DNA from: Camelus ferus
Lineage: Eukaryota
Reading direction: 5' to 3'
Assembly: GCF_009834535.1 (NCBI RefSeq)
Contig: NC_045697.1
Coordinates: forward strand, 89,778,001 to 89,842,000
Length of the DNA: 64,000 nt
Position numbers and translations under genes: made by a program. Shown here piece by piece: positions 36,807-50,326 of this stretch (position 1 is the first letter of the stretch; each line of letters opens with the position of its first letter). The notes beneath the pieces were generated by a model. That model searched no databases and was not told the DNA's origin. It worked only from the letters and a program-made list of their open reading frames with translations.

Positions 36807-39620
36807 ACTCAGCCAAGGTGGATGTGTTATGCAGAGGTCAAGGACTTGGTAAGGAAAATGTGGCATCCTGCAGCATGAGATGGGGGGATGGATGTGTGCA
36901 CCTGAGGATGCTGGCTCTGCAGACCCCACAAACCCTTCTAGGTTTATATAGAGGTTGCCCAATCCTTCCCTCATAAGAGCCAGCGTTTCTACCAGGCTGG
37001 ACTATGATGTTGCAGGGCACGCCTCCCACCTGCCATGTAACGGATGAACCTTTCAGCAGCTATTCTCATTACCTTTTCTGGCTGCTACCAGTGCAACACC
37101 CCTCCCTAACACGCGTGAAGTCCTGGGCCTCCTAAGTGATGAAACAGACTATAAAATCAGAATTTTAAGAATTAGCTAGCTTATACAAGTGGGAGTCAGG
37201 AAAACACTCCTAGGATTGAAATTTAAGGGGACTACAATGTAAGGCTGGACAAACAAGAATTCATTCACTTAGGCTGATTGTTTTTAGGACACAAGGTTTA
37301 ACACCCTGGTCATGGGAAGACCCCAGGGAATAAAATCCCTACTAGGGTGGTTCTCAGTCCTGGAAAAAACAAAGTGGAAACACCTGAGTTACCCTAACAG
37401 ACGGCAGAGAAGGGAATAAAGAGGTTGAGGTCAGCGGATATACTGGGAATGGACACATTTGGAAGACAAGGAGACCCACCTGAAGGCTGGGTTCCACAGA
37501 AGGAATGCGAGGACACACCAAGGACTTCGCCAAGGACAAAAGGTCTGCTCTGGGTGAGAGGGGAGATTCACCTCCTTCTGTTGACAATGCTCAGAATCAT
37601 TAAGAAGTTTACTGGTAGCTTGCCTCTGTAGGCTGGGGCTGAAGACAGTTGCAGCTGCCATGGAGCTGAGCTCATTAACTTCCATGGGGATGATGCCCCC
37701 AACCAACAGAAGCCAGGTGGCACTGTTTAATCACCAGAAACCAGGAGGCTGCAATTACAATAACCGCAAGGCAAGGTCAGTGGAGCAGCCAAGGGGGCAT
37801 TATCCTCAGGGAGTTGTGGAGATGGTTAATAGAGCAGAGCATCCCTAGGGGAAAAACAGATGAGCTGTCAAGAAGGGTGCTGCTTAACATCTATAACCAA
37901 AAAAGGCAAAAATGCAGGAGCAGAGGCATGAGGGCAATTGCTCCAATAAAATGTAACGAGCTCTTATTCGTTTCTCTGAGCCAGTTTTCAAATCTGGAAC
38001 ACATTGACTAACAAAGTGGCCGGTCCCTGGGAGAGAGAACCTTGCAGCAGTTGCAGCAATTACAAGACTGTAATGATTCTCCCAGTCCTTCCTTCAGAGG
38101 CAGCTATGGCCATTGACTCAGGTCACTGTACACTGAGGCAGGAGGAACAGCAACACAGCCAGAGAACTGAGGTCTGAGTTGACACTAAGGCATCATCATA
38201 GCCCTAGAGTAAAGTCGGAGCTTACTGGCTCGCTGTGATAAATGGAGCCCTGGCTCGAGTCCAGCTGACAGTGGACAACTGGGACTGACTGAGTGTTCAT
38301 TTCTCCAGTGCTCAGGTGTATAATTTGAATTGTTATACTCTGCAGTCAGAATGATCCCTCACATCCTTAGCCAATACGGAAGAGCACTCATGGTAGGTAA
38401 AGCCAAGTGGAAACCTATGAAACTAACCTCCCCCAGCCAAGGCAGTAAATGAAAAACAGTATCACACCCTAGGGGATGGCAGCAATTAGCGCCACTATTA
38501 ATGACCTAAAGAATTCAATGATGATGGTCCCAATCTTCTCTGCATTTGATTTGCCAGTTTCGCCCCTGGAAAAACTGGATATATCCTTGAGAATGATTTG
38601 AGACCACTGCCAGCTGAATCAGGTAACATCCCTGACCACTGCTGTTGTGCCATATATAGGCTCCTTTCTGGAGCAGATTAATGGTCATATACTATGTACC
38701 TCTGTGACGTGGTATATGACCATTTATCTGGTGAATGTGTTTTTTTCCATTTCAATTAAAAAAAGAGAATCAGGAAAAACTTGTGTTTAAATGGAATGAA
38801 CAGAAATACTCATTTACAGTTTTCTTCAGAGCTGTGTTAACCTCCTGCCCTGTATGACAAAATAGTACAAAGAAATCTGAACCACGTAAATATCCTCAGA
38901 GCATTGCATTAATCAGTGACATTAATGACATCATGCCAATTGGTCAGGACAAGCAAGAAATGGCTAGAACGCTGGAGACCTTGATAAGCCATGAATTGAG
39001 GGTTAAGACCTATAAAGATTCAAGAGGCATGCCAATTCAGAGAAAACTTAGGAATCAATAGGTAAGGGTCTACACAGATATCTGCTCCAAAATAAGCAGC
39101 AAATTAGAGCACTCTTCTTGACAGCTCATCTGTTTTGCCCCTAGCGATGCTCTGCTCTATTAACCATCTCCATAACTCCCTGAGGATAAAAACCCCTTGG
39201 CTGCCCCAATGACCTTGCTTTGTCGTTACTATAATTGCTCTTGAATCTTTATAGTTTTGAGTTTGTCGCAGAGCAGTAAAAGGTGCTGGAGCTGGTCCAT
39301 GATGCAGTGCAAGCAGCCCTGCCATGTGGGCCAAACAACTGAGCAGACCCTGTTGTGTGGAGGTATCAGTGGTGAGAAAGTGGTGGGAACTCATGGCAAA
39401 CTTACAGCAAGAGGGTCATGATGCAGGTCCCTGAGAAATTGGAGCAAGGCCATAGGAGAGAGCTGTATACCTCGTGAGAAACAGCTCCAGGCATACTGGT
39501 GATCCTTGGTGGAGATGGAACGCTTGACTGTGGGAAAGCCTGCCCTGCCAGGTCATATTGTCGAATGGACACAGCAATTCATCTGAAATGGAAAAGGTTC
39601 ATCCGAGATTAAGACCAAGT
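36807..39620 (+). mobile_element. Decayed ERVL internal region (gag-pol remnants)
   Basis: Directly follows the MLT2 LTR. ERVL-like stretches (GCCAAGTGGAAACC; GCCAGGTGGCACTGTTTAATCACCAGA; RT-region remnants); heavily disrupted. Confidence 0.75.
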
Positions 39621-39779
39621 CATATTTAACAGCATATTTTCTTACAGGTTAAAAGCTTCAGTTTTTATTTTCTTCTACATGCAACAAATAGTATAAGATT
39701 TTTCTTTATTGATAACAATCAGCCCATTTAGGAGAAGATGTTAAATATAATTATATTAATTAATACATTTTTAATATCT

Positions 39780-40134
39780 TATAAGTTATTGATATTGTCC
39801 AAAAGTACATTAGAAATATTTCAGCATCAGATGTTTGAAGTAAGGATTTCCTTACAATTTTTGAACATGATTTTGTTCATGGTTTGTTTTTTTTTAAATC
39901 TCTAACTTTTAATCTCATTTCCCCAATAATATTCTAGAATTATATTCAAAGAAAAGTTATCTCTAATATATAGGACTTCCTTGTGGTATGTATTGGCAAA
40001 ATACACTAGAAAATTATTGCCAAGGTATTTCTCAACACAAAATATGTAACAGTAATAGTATGTATAGTTCTTAACACACTGTTTTACATTGATAGATTTA
40101 TGAGTTTGGTACTTTGCACAATCTCCCAATAGCT
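39780..40134 (-). pseudogene. Decayed exon, DUF4537-like
   Basis: CTCTTAACAG acceptor; about 76 open codons including YYYCYIFCVEKYLGNNFLVYFAN, then KIMFKNCKEIL..NISNVL (Tudor-like strand pattern). Confidence 0.5.
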
Positions 40135-40329
40135 CTGTTAAGAGCTAAGTACTTATTTAAGAAAAATCCTTCTCCAAAATTCTAGGATACTCAAAAGTAA
40201 AGAAATATTTACATTTCTCAAATAGCTTATACAATGAAATATTATGTAACCTTTTGAAAATATGTTTTCAAAGAAAATTAAATGGCATGAATAATTCTCA
40301 TGGGACAGGATCAAATTAAAAGAATCTAA

Positions 40330-40576
40330 ACTTACAACTTAGATAATTTTATTCTGTTTAAATATCTTTCTTTTCCATATAGTTTTGTTATGTGAAAAAC
40401 ATATGTAAATATAAAATGAACGATTTTAAATCTACTATGGAATCACTAAAGCTGTAGTATATCATCACTTATATTCATATATCATAAACTTTTATCTCCT
40501 ATCTAGAACTTGATAGACAGCAAATGGCATCTTAACTTTCTCCATGTTGTTTTATCCAGTATCCATTTTGCTCAGT
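40330..40576 (-). pseudogene. Decayed exon, WL..HGL repeat
   Basis: GYWIKQHG, frameshift, then EKVKMPFAVYQVLD, resembling VWA3A EWLKVNGLKAKKLSLYQVL. Confidence 0.5.
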
Positions 40577-40809
40577 CTTCATGACAACAATACATAAGTT
40601 ATAATAATAACACTGTATATATTTATTCAAACAACGCTGTGCTAAGAACACCCATTGTGATCATACTAAAGACAGCACCAAGAACTTACTGCTAAACTAT
40701 ATGCACTTCCTGCCCCAAAATAAAATAACATAATGCCATAAATAAAGCAAATACCCAGGGAATAAAACGATAAAAATAGTTTTTCCACGTATATGTATAT
40801 ATACATACA

Positions 40810-41292
40810 CCTTCCACATCTCTACTTAACATGTTCAATCTTCTAGGTTTTTGTGCTTGTGTAATAAATATAATTATCATGCCTGTTTCAATATTCTTGT
40901 CTTTACTTCTAATCCTTTGACGTGGTTCTTTCTATAGCCTTGGGTAGTTTCTATAGTCTTGTGCATCTGCTGACCAGTATTCTGCTGAATCCTTGAGTGT
41001 ACCCTCTGTGACCTCCAGATCTCCATGCAGTCCTTTTTTTTGCCCTCACATATTCTGTCCTGCTATCTATAGCAAGCTTGATTTCTCCCTAACTCTCAGC
41101 TCTGTCTCCTCCACTAATGAATCCACTGCGCCCCACTGGTTTCTCTGCACTGCAGCCTACAAACTTTCAAGACTGGAAGCCCAAGATGGGCAATTACAGA
41201 ACTCACCCCGTATCTCGCAGGGGGTTCTGCCCTTCAGTACCTCCTGTCCAACCCACTTTCTGTTACTCCATCTTGGGCAAAGTGGAAGTCTG
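40810..41292 (-). mobile_element. Old L1 5' end / ORF1 start fragment
   Basis: Minus strand GACTTCCACTTTGCCCAAGATGGAGTAACAG and AGATTGAACATGTTAAGTAGAGA. Confidence 0.65.
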
Positions 41293-42299
41293 TTCTCATA
41301 TATGTATTATTTGTTTTTATTACCAGCATATTTTTATAAGTTTCTCTGCAGTAATTTCCCCCACAGTATCCAGATGAAATTTTGAAGACTAACTTTAGGA
41401 CATCACTGCTTTATTTTAACAGACTCAGGATGAAACCTGAAATCTAATTCATTATGTATAAACTCTCTTCCATACGACTTTTCCCTATCTGAAGTATCTT
41501 TGTTAGTTAGCTGCCCATACTTCCTTAGAATATTAGTTCTATGAGAAATATGAACTTTACTTTGTTGTTTATAGGTATGCCTTCAGTGTATAGATCAGTG
41601 TCTATGGAATAGCCCTGCTCATTAAATGCTTTTGAGTGCTAAGTTAATTTAAGAAAAGAATGTAGGCAGCCAAACTATAAAACATAATGTATTCATCTTC
41701 CATTCCCCAGAGCTATTAATAATTTAATGGTGTTTTGCTTTATCTCTTATTTGTAATTTAGAGAGGTAACTCACATTCTTATAAAGTATTTTATATCGCA
41801 CATCTTCACACAATATAATACGGTATTACTGTAAAAGAGCTATGTTTATGTTATCCATTCTTGTTACAATAGAAAGGAAATTAGTTAACATGCATATTCT
41901 ATAAGGACTAAAAATAGCATTTTCTTTCGCACTGCTTAAAAACGTGTCTCTGGCATTAAAGAGTGGGATATTCAGAAATGTCACATTTATAATACAGTAA
42001 GTATTTATTATTCCCCATCATCTCTCATTTCCATAAGTATAATTTCTACTATTGCTCTGAAGACAAACCAATCTTCAAACGTGCCACTTGAGAAAGACAT
42101 GTAATTATATGCTTTTGTTACTTTAAAAATTATAATGACTGAAAAACTCCAAGCAGTGTATTCATCCAATGAAATTCTTAGGATTAAATAAAAGAGCTGT
42201 AGCTACAGTATATCAGTCTTAGAGAAATATTATTCTTATCTTGTGGAAATAAGGGAAATGTGAAATAAGAAAATAGAAAGAGATGTATAAGTAAAATGT

Positions 42300-42825
42300 G
42301 TGCTTTTAGCTGAAATTTGGAGTTGAAGAGTCTCTCCTAATACAGAACAATGGTTTTACATTGGAGGAGGAGAGCACTGTTATAATCTTTTAGCAAATCA
42401 AATTCTAATGTGTGGGCAGACATCAATTGAATAAGCCTTCTTTCAACTTTTACTATAAAGCAATATGAATGGGGTCATAAAAAAGTAACTTCAGACACTA
42501 GAGACTGCAAAAAGATTTCCATCAGAACCAGCCACAGTCGTCTTTGTCCTCGGGTTTTGCTAAGCATCAGCCTTGAATTTAACAAACGAGGTGTCATCTT
42601 CTAGACACTGAATTTTACAGGTTCCACATTTAGCAAAAAGTATAGGTACGTTCACTGACCATTTTGTTGTATGTATTCACATTTGATTATTTTTTCAAAG
42701 GCACCATTTACTTTTCCCAAGGAGGAAAACGGTGTAGATGGAGTATTTCTCATAGACAGATAATGATGTCCATACTTAACAAATGTTGCAACTGAAGTTT
42801 TAGAAAGGGGCAGCCCACATCCAAA
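42300..42825 (-). pseudogene. Decayed exon(s), repeat plus vWA start
   Basis: L*EILHLHRFPPWEK*MVPL (cf. VWA3B LKQILSQIGFPHCEDYVASL); QRRLWL/GSDGNLFAV; MSAHTLEFDLLK (cf. VWA3B QVAHITEFNIIR). Frameshifts present. Confidence 0.6.
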
Positions 42826-43076
42826 CTGATTAACTATTAACAGCCTGGTTTTTGAGGAAGGGGCTTATTGCTGAGGGCAAGTCTTTCTAAATACTGAACT
42901 CCAGAATTATATGTGCTTACAAAAGTGAGGCTGGGAAACCACTGTCTTCCCAGGCTAAAGGATTAGGACTAACAATATTTTCTCTGTGGCCAACCCCACT
43001 CTCAAGAAGGAAGATGAGGAAGGGGCTATGCTACATAAAGGTCTGAGCTGGTAGACAGTCCAAGTGGTAGGACAAC

Positions 43077-43097
43077 TGTGTGTGTGTGTGTGTGTGT
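43077..43097. repeat. (TG)n microsatellite
   Basis: Direct reading. Confidence 0.9.
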
Positions 43098-44316
43098 CTG
43101 TACACACATATATAGCCTATTTCACAGAAAGTTAAATCAAAATCAAAATGCTGTTTGATGATTGTAAAGTGTGACTAGGGAAGACTGGTACATGATTTAA
43201 AATGCTAAGCACCATCAAGTTAAAACAATCTAACGCCTAGGTCTCTTTGTTGGAGACAGAGACTATCAGGACAAACAGAGATGGTTCTTGGACTTAATCA
43301 GACTAGCTTCTTCCCAGACAGGGTTAAGAAAGGATGAGGCATATCAATATTTAAAACTGTAATCATTTTTTAAAGTTCTATTCCTAAACAAACCACCTCT
43401 TTTTAATTTTTTATTTGTTCTATTCTTCCCTTAGCTGTGCTAAAATTCTTCACTCAGATTATGGTCTAGTATTCCTGGTATAGAAACCACTTTTTATTAA
43501 GTGCTTTAGAGATTTATTTATCTTTACTGTTTTTCAAAATGAGTCGATTTCATGTTTTAACTCAGTGAGGACAATCATTTTGCTTATGTGAACATTCCAC
43601 TGATGTGATTCCTTAAGAAAGTTCCCAGGGAATATACAAGTTGTATTAAAATACTCAAACATCGCTGAAGACTTATTTGACAAATTCCTTTCTTATATAA
43701 CCTTAAAATTCCTTTTGGCTATTTCTTAAAGAAAGCTCAATTAAAGAAAAAATAATAGTTTCTTGAAAAAAAATTGTAGTTTAAGCCATGCATTCCTATA
43801 GAACTGTGTTTTTTGTTTTTTGTTTGTTTGGTTTTCCAGCTGAGAATTGTGGGGAATTTGATTAAAGGCCTTGATCATTTCCTAAGAAAACCACACATAC
43901 ATGTATTAGCATATGACTTCAAAGACCTGTTCCCATCTCAATACTAAGCATATCCAAAATGTTTCTCAAACAACATTTTCTTTTCTCTAACTAAAATCTC
44001 TTTTTTGGCAGTCTTGTTTATCTATCATTTCTATGCAGATATCCAAAATCTTAGTCTCAAATCTTTGCCTCTTTGACTTGCTTACAACCATCTCCTACAT
44101 GATATTGGATATCATATCCTCTGATTCCTCAGAATCCTCATAGCATTATTCTTTACCCTTCTTGAGGTGCACACCACTTCAAATATGTATTAGTGTAAGC
44201 TTATTCAGACTGAAACTTCTAATATTTGCAGCAAATTTATGGATGGGAATTTCCTATTCAAATTTACTAAGCAATTTCTGACAAGAAACAAACAAACAAA
44301 AAATGCAGGGAGAGAC

Positions 44317-44500
44317 CTCTCCATTAATTCCGTTGGTGTTGTTTTTCAGTGTTTCCAATTCTTCAGTGAAGGGTACAGAAGTATAAGCCAGGGCCTCTTC
44401 CTCAGAGTTTACAATCTGGGTAGAGAACAAGAGAGACAGCTTCCAAGAGATGAATTCCAAGAGATGAATGTCCATGAACGTGCTTTCCAAAATATAAGTT
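44317..44500 (-). pseudogene. Decayed exon, VWA3A-like repeat
   Basis: Open frame KLSLLFSTQIVNSEEEALAYTSVPFTEELETLKNNTNGINGE resembles VWA3A FSTQIIRHFESKLSDTIEVYQERIQWLTENSKKAFG. Confidence 0.6.
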
Positions 44501-44947
44501 CTTATAGAAATGTATAAATAAATACTGAATCCATGGTGTTTCACTTACATCTGAAAGGGCTTTGAGAAAACAAGAAACCCTGTTACTGGATGAAACCAGT
44601 GGTCCATCTAGCTAACTGTCCTTTCCAGCAGAAATCACTGTAGGATAACTTTTTATCTGTAAATGTGTCTCAAGTTTGGAAATACCATGGGAATCTTAGG
44701 AATTCCAGTAATCAGTGAATAGGCTATCTATGTATTTGTTATATCTGCAGACTTCATACACGTCTGCTCAGAATGCTTCTCAGTATGCAGGTATATGAGA
44801 AGTTAGTAATTCTCCTTCTGTCCAGCTTCCTCTTTCTTCACCTTTCCCTTTCATATCTTCAGTCACCTGTGTCACAGGACACATATCAGTAGTTGGGAAG
44901 TATTTAACTCTGATAGTAAAGCAAAATCAAAATTAAAGGCAAATGTT

Positions 44948-45141
44948 CAGGAAAATGCTTTCAAACACAAGCTAGTAAATGAAGAACTTAGATTCGAAGA
45001 GCCAAATATTCTGCATTCCTGGGAAATCTCAATCAGTTTCTCATTCTGGTAAGTATTTTCACATTGCACTTTGATTCCACAAAATAAATGGGAATACATT
45101 TTTGGCTGTTGGTCTATCACTAAAAGATTAGAATCAGGAGA
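44948..45141 (-). pseudogene. Probable decayed exon
   Basis: Strong acceptor (TTTTCTTTCAG) followed by about 64 stop-free codons (SPDSNLLVIDQQPK...GSSNL). Motif match is weak. Confidence 0.35.
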
Positions 45142-45194
45142 CTGAAAGAAAACAGTTTCTATTTATGTATTTAAAAAAAAATTTGTGTTCATGA

Positions 45195-45416
45195 AAAAGG
45201 AGCCATGTGTCAGTTTCCAAGCGGGGAAGACGTTCTCATAGAGGTACTGTAAGGCTTAATCAGTCCACTTCCTTTCTTGTTCTTTGACAGATTCTCTTCT
45301 GCCACCATTGTCCTGTTCAGGGTCAGAAAGCGCCTTCAGTGGTATTGCAACATCGTCATAAGGCAGCATGTCTTCTCACCAAGCATCATCAATTAAATCA
45401 AGATCCTCCCATCTCT
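45195..45416 (-). pseudogene. Decayed exon, vWA domain
   Basis: LGEKTCCLM...RTMVAEENLSKNKKGSGLI...GN*HMAP resembles VWA3A RLLLEEQLSNKDCFNLI...ESWRPEMVP, with TGA at the Trp position. Confidence 0.5.
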
Positions 45417-47084
45417 CTGTACCTCAGTGTCCATTCTCCTGCAACTCTGATCTTAGCAGATCAGCACCCAGCCCACCACTGCACCCACCTTCCCTGGACG
45501 GCACCCTCATCATCACCCTATTTTCCATTTTTTAGTGTAAAAATGTGTAATTCAAATATCAGCCAAAGCTCTCAACTGGTTTCCAAAAATCTGACTAAAA
45601 CACTATGAGGTAGCACTGTAATAGAATGTTAAATACTTAAACATTTCTTCCAGAACAAACTAAGGTGGCTTTGTGTAGCCATGACCTCCTTCAGCATCAG
45701 CTCCATCAAAGATACACATTCCCATTTTTGACATTAGACATGCTTTTCAAAATGTCTATACATGATTCTGATGTATCAGGTCTATCAACTGAACTTAGAA
45801 TGTATCTCTAGAATTTTCTTAGACATAATTTTGTTAAAAATACGTATCTCATTTGAGGGTGAATATATATTTTTTCTATTTAAACATTGCCCAAAACATT
45901 GTATTGAAAGGTATGTATGTTTTATGATGTTTTAATATTAAAAATTAAGAGGTCCACTAGGGAAGCGTTACACAGGGAGACTTTCTGCTAAGGTTCTTTC
46001 AGTTGAGGGTAACAGAAACTAACATGTGGTAGTATAATTAGAAAAATTATTAAAAGAATATTGGGTAACCTCACAGACTCCGAGGAGTTGCTGATCTACA
46101 AAGCTTCAGAAAGCGCAGGAATAAGAGTCCTTTTAGAGATCTTAACTGTTGAAAGTCCTGTACATTCTCTTGGTAGATGGGTCATAGTTCTACTTTAGCC
46201 AGAAATCATACCCTTATACATCGCTGTAGATAAAAACTCCAAACTCATGGGAGAAAGAATCTGACTGGCTTCATGTGAGTCAGGTGGGCACTTGAACTTG
46301 GACTGGGAAGGGCCATGCAGCATAAACATGGCAGCATATAGATCAGCCATGTGGATCAGGTGGCTAGTTCTTAGATTCAGGAGACTTCGCATAGCAGTGT
46401 TAAAGCTGTTCTCTATTATTTGCATACTTCATCCCATAAATCTCTACTGAAGCTAGCCTAGTACCGTTTTAAACACTAGTCATGCTGAATTCATTTCGTA
46501 TCCCATGCTTCCATTTTTCCCTAGAGACCTTTAATATACCACACAGTCACTACTCAAGCATAGAACTTGGAAACATTTATTGTGCTGGTTCATTTTAGAA
46601 AAAATTTAAAATAAATTAAAGTTCAATCAACCCAATGCACTTTGATACCACTGTTATTCAAAAAACTGTTAAGTTTATTTTTCAAGTTAAAGTAAGTTGA
46701 AGTCATTAGAGTAAGCTCCTTATGAAATTATTAAAATAATACTATTCTGAGTGACAGGCAGTGAAATTTAGCTTAACCGTTATGAAAAGAGTTTGTCCTT
46801 TGTTTGTTTGATTTGTGTTCCATTTTAAAAGATTCTAATTACACCCCTTCGGTTCTCTTTGTCTGCCTCTTTGCAGGAATCTCACAAGTTGTGTGAAGTA
46901 TGGATGAGACCTACAAAATGTGACTTCAAATACGGAAACATTTAAAAACTTTTTGAAGCAGCTTTATTCCTTTGGCTTTCATGCTTTTAAAAATCTAAAT
47001 TTGTCCAAAAATATACTTATATTTTCTAAAAGCTGATGTGTTATAGCACAGTAAGCTTCTTGGAATCAAACAGAAAGCGTAACC

Positions 47085-47715
47085 TCATCAGGACACCTTC
47101 TTTATAATACTCTCTAAAGAATACACAAAAGTATGTAGCTGAAGTTTCATGAACACCGACCACAATATTATTACTAAAGGTAAATGGGAAACCTGATTCT
47201 GGCCTTCCCCGTCTGTCTTCCTCAACTCACAACACTCTATATTTTCAAAGTGAAACAGTTTGATTTGAATTGCAAATCTTATCACATATATAGTTTAATT
47301 CTTTTCTATCTGGATGAATGACAGTGGTATATAAGAGTTAACAAACCTTATCCAGTTTTAAATACATTTCTGGTATTGAAAGCTAACAGAGCTGAAAGTT
47401 GAATGGGAGAAAGCTCAGCTCCTGTATTCATTCCTTTATTTGTGTTTTGAAAGGGCCTTACGGAGAAAACCTGATAGAAATGTCATGGCATCACTAAACA
47501 GATCGAAGTCTAAGGTGGGAAAATAAAAGGATTGGCTTTGCTGCTTCTTTTGTCATTTTATAAGGAATGGATAGTGCTTTCAAAATGAGAGCCCTGGGCT
47601 ATGCACGTCCTTTAATTTCTCAGACCCTAAGAAGAAGCGAGTCCATCCCTCAATGGCCCACTGAAAGAAGCCTTTAAAAAAGCTCCATGTTCTAAGAACA
47701 CATATCCCTTGTAAG
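47085..47715 (-). pseudogene. Decayed exon(s), vWA domain including TDG motif
   Basis: FQWAIEGWTRFFLG; LDFDLFSDAMTFLSGFLRKAL (cf. VWA3B LDFGGILEGELDLCREAL); KLFHFENIECCELRKTDGEGQ...KLQLHTFVY (cf. VWA3A KAFSFHDLEGLYLLTDGKPD...VKVHTISL). Confidence 0.6.
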
Positions 47716-48029
47716 GATGACAGCAAGATGGGGGAGGGGGAATCTAAATTAAGGAGGCATATATCCCTGTACACGGGGTATCCAACGCCTACTTGAGGGC
47801 TGATCTGGGAAGATTATCATCACGACTGCACTGGAACTTATTTTCTGTGATTTGTTGTGCTTCGTTTCACTGGAAATGGGGTTCATCTTTAAATTGTGTA
47901 TGAAGTTGAGTGATAATCTGGGTGTCACGGGAGCTTACAGCTAGCAACATTACTAACATATGACAGTCAAACAAGTAAAAATACCACACTCCGGGAAGTT
48001 CCCAGAAAACTTAGCAATTTGTTTCCCAT

Positions 48030-48260
48030 TTGAGGCCACAAAGTATTGTGGAAAAAGCAAGGTCTTTGGAGTGACGCAGTCTCAAGTTTATATCCTCATT
48101 CGTTTCATCTCTAACTTGCTACCTTCAGCAGATTAGTTAGCTTTGGGTCTCAGCGTTTGCCTTTAATAAATGAGGATAGTAACATGGAATATATTGAACT
48201 CCCTGGAGGATTAATTGAACTAATGTAGGTAAAACATCAGTACAAATTAAACTCACAGTA
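48030..48260. mobile_element. MIR
   Basis: GTGGAAAAAGCA..GTCTTTGGAGT...GTCTCAG..TTTGCC...AAATGAGGATA. Confidence 0.65.
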
Positions 48261-48879
48261 GGGATTAATTTCCTTCCCCCCATTGAAATTAATTTGGCTC
48301 TCATGTGGAGGTTGTATTTATATTTTTTAAGCTGATGACAATAATTATATGAGTTTCAAGAAGTATATGCAATTTCTGCCATTTAGAATAATTAAAGATG
48401 ATTAATCACTTCTTTTTAAAGAGCACTAATTATTAACGATTAAGTAAAAATAAAGATCTAGAGCTCAATTCTTAGGCAATATAAATAAACTTGATCCTTT
48501 CTTTAATCAGTGAAGCTTTAAGGGGCAAATATACTTAAAATACATTTGTCCTACAATATGACAATACCCAAAAATACAGCATTCCTTGATTACTAGCATA
48601 GCACTGCCATTTGATAATAGAATGATAAAATATTTAGATTGAGCAAATAGAACAGCTATAGCTTTAATCTAAAATTATATAAGAAAATAAATGATGCAGA
48701 TATTAGCTATACAGTTTAAACGAGATAATATTTATGAACAAATAACTATATGCCCCTGTTTTCCTGGGACAGTCCTGGATTACATTCAAAATACCAATGT
48801 TGTTATTAATAGGGCCTGTTTCACTTTTAAAATAAAATTATTAACTGCAATTATTAGAAGAAATATTCTTTTTCTTTTA

Positions 48880-50287
48880 TGAGCTGGTTTTGGGAAAATT
48901 TGTCCAACTATGACTCAAAATTCAGATGCAGTAAAACGAAATATTAATAAATTCAAATACATTTTAAAAAAACTATCATGTGGTAAAAATACCATGAGAA
49001 AACTCAAAAGAAAAATGATGAACTGGAAAAAAAAATATTTGCAACATATGTCACAGATAAAGGACTAATATATACAATATAATATATATATAATATTACA
49101 TAAATATATATATAATATTACATAAATATAAATTTACAATATATAAAAGCTCTTAAAATATATATAATATTAAAAAATATTATATATACTATATATAATA
49201 TATAAAAGTCTCTTAAAAACTGAAGAAAAAGACCAAATCCTCAATTAGTTAAAAAAGCAAAGTAATGAACAGTTTATGGAAAAAGAAGATACATAAAACA
49301 TCCTTAATTATGTTAAAATATGCTCATTTTCACTCTTACTAAGAGAAATGCAAATTAAAACTACCACAAGACACCACTCTTCACCTATGAAATGTGTAAA
49401 AGTTCAAATATGTGGGGAAACAGAACCTTTCACACACTGTTAAGGGCCAAAAGGCACAATCCTACTTCTAAGGTTTAACTGAAGATACGATTCCACAAAT
49501 ATAAAATTTTATATGAGCAAACTTATTCACTGAGGCATTACCTGTAGTTTAAAAAGTGCTGGAAACAACCTAACACATCGGATTCCTACAGAAGAATAAA
49601 CAAACAAGGGTGTGGAATCTCTAAATCACTATGGAATGGTTTCTATGATTTATTAAGTTAAAATATAAGGTGCAAATAATGTTTCATTCTCCCCTATTTT
49701 GTAAGAAAGAAAAAGAAATCAGAAGGCAATGTATGCACTTCCTATTTTTGTGGAAAGAGACCCAGGAAGAGTAAATCAGGATAATAAAAATCATTATTAC
49801 CCAGAGAGAGTAAGAGGTAATGGTATTAATGTGATAGCTCGGAATGAGAATTGGCTGAGTTCAACTTTTTATACGGTTTGATTTTTCAACCATTAATACT
49901 TCGCATATTCAAAAATGAATCACAAATAACCAAGTAGGTCAATTCCAAATTGCATTTAACAAAACAATAAACCAAATTTTACTTCAAATTAATAATATAC
50001 ACAAGAAATAGAATGAATTCAAGTAACTTTTGGACACAGTTCTCTGACAGAGCATACTTAGTAGTAGATATTCTAAGGATGAAAATAACCACAAAGGAGT
50101 TGCTTAGTTGATTTGTTTATTGTTGTGGAATAAATGTAGTTAAATCTAAAACTCCTCTGTGTGTGACGCAGTATAGAGCACACAAGTAAATATACTGATA
50201 TTCTCAGAAACCAGGGGACTCAGTGTGGAAAAAAGAATATACAAATATCTAACGTGAAAGGTGAGGAAAAACTCTGTGGAAGAGGAT

Positions 50288-50326
<39 letters not shown>

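Noticed and set aside
44441..44468. 14-bp tandem duplication as the inactivating frameshift of this exon
   Set aside because: The duplication is real, but the current frame stays open and motif-like on both sides, so its effect cannot be assigned without an orthologue.
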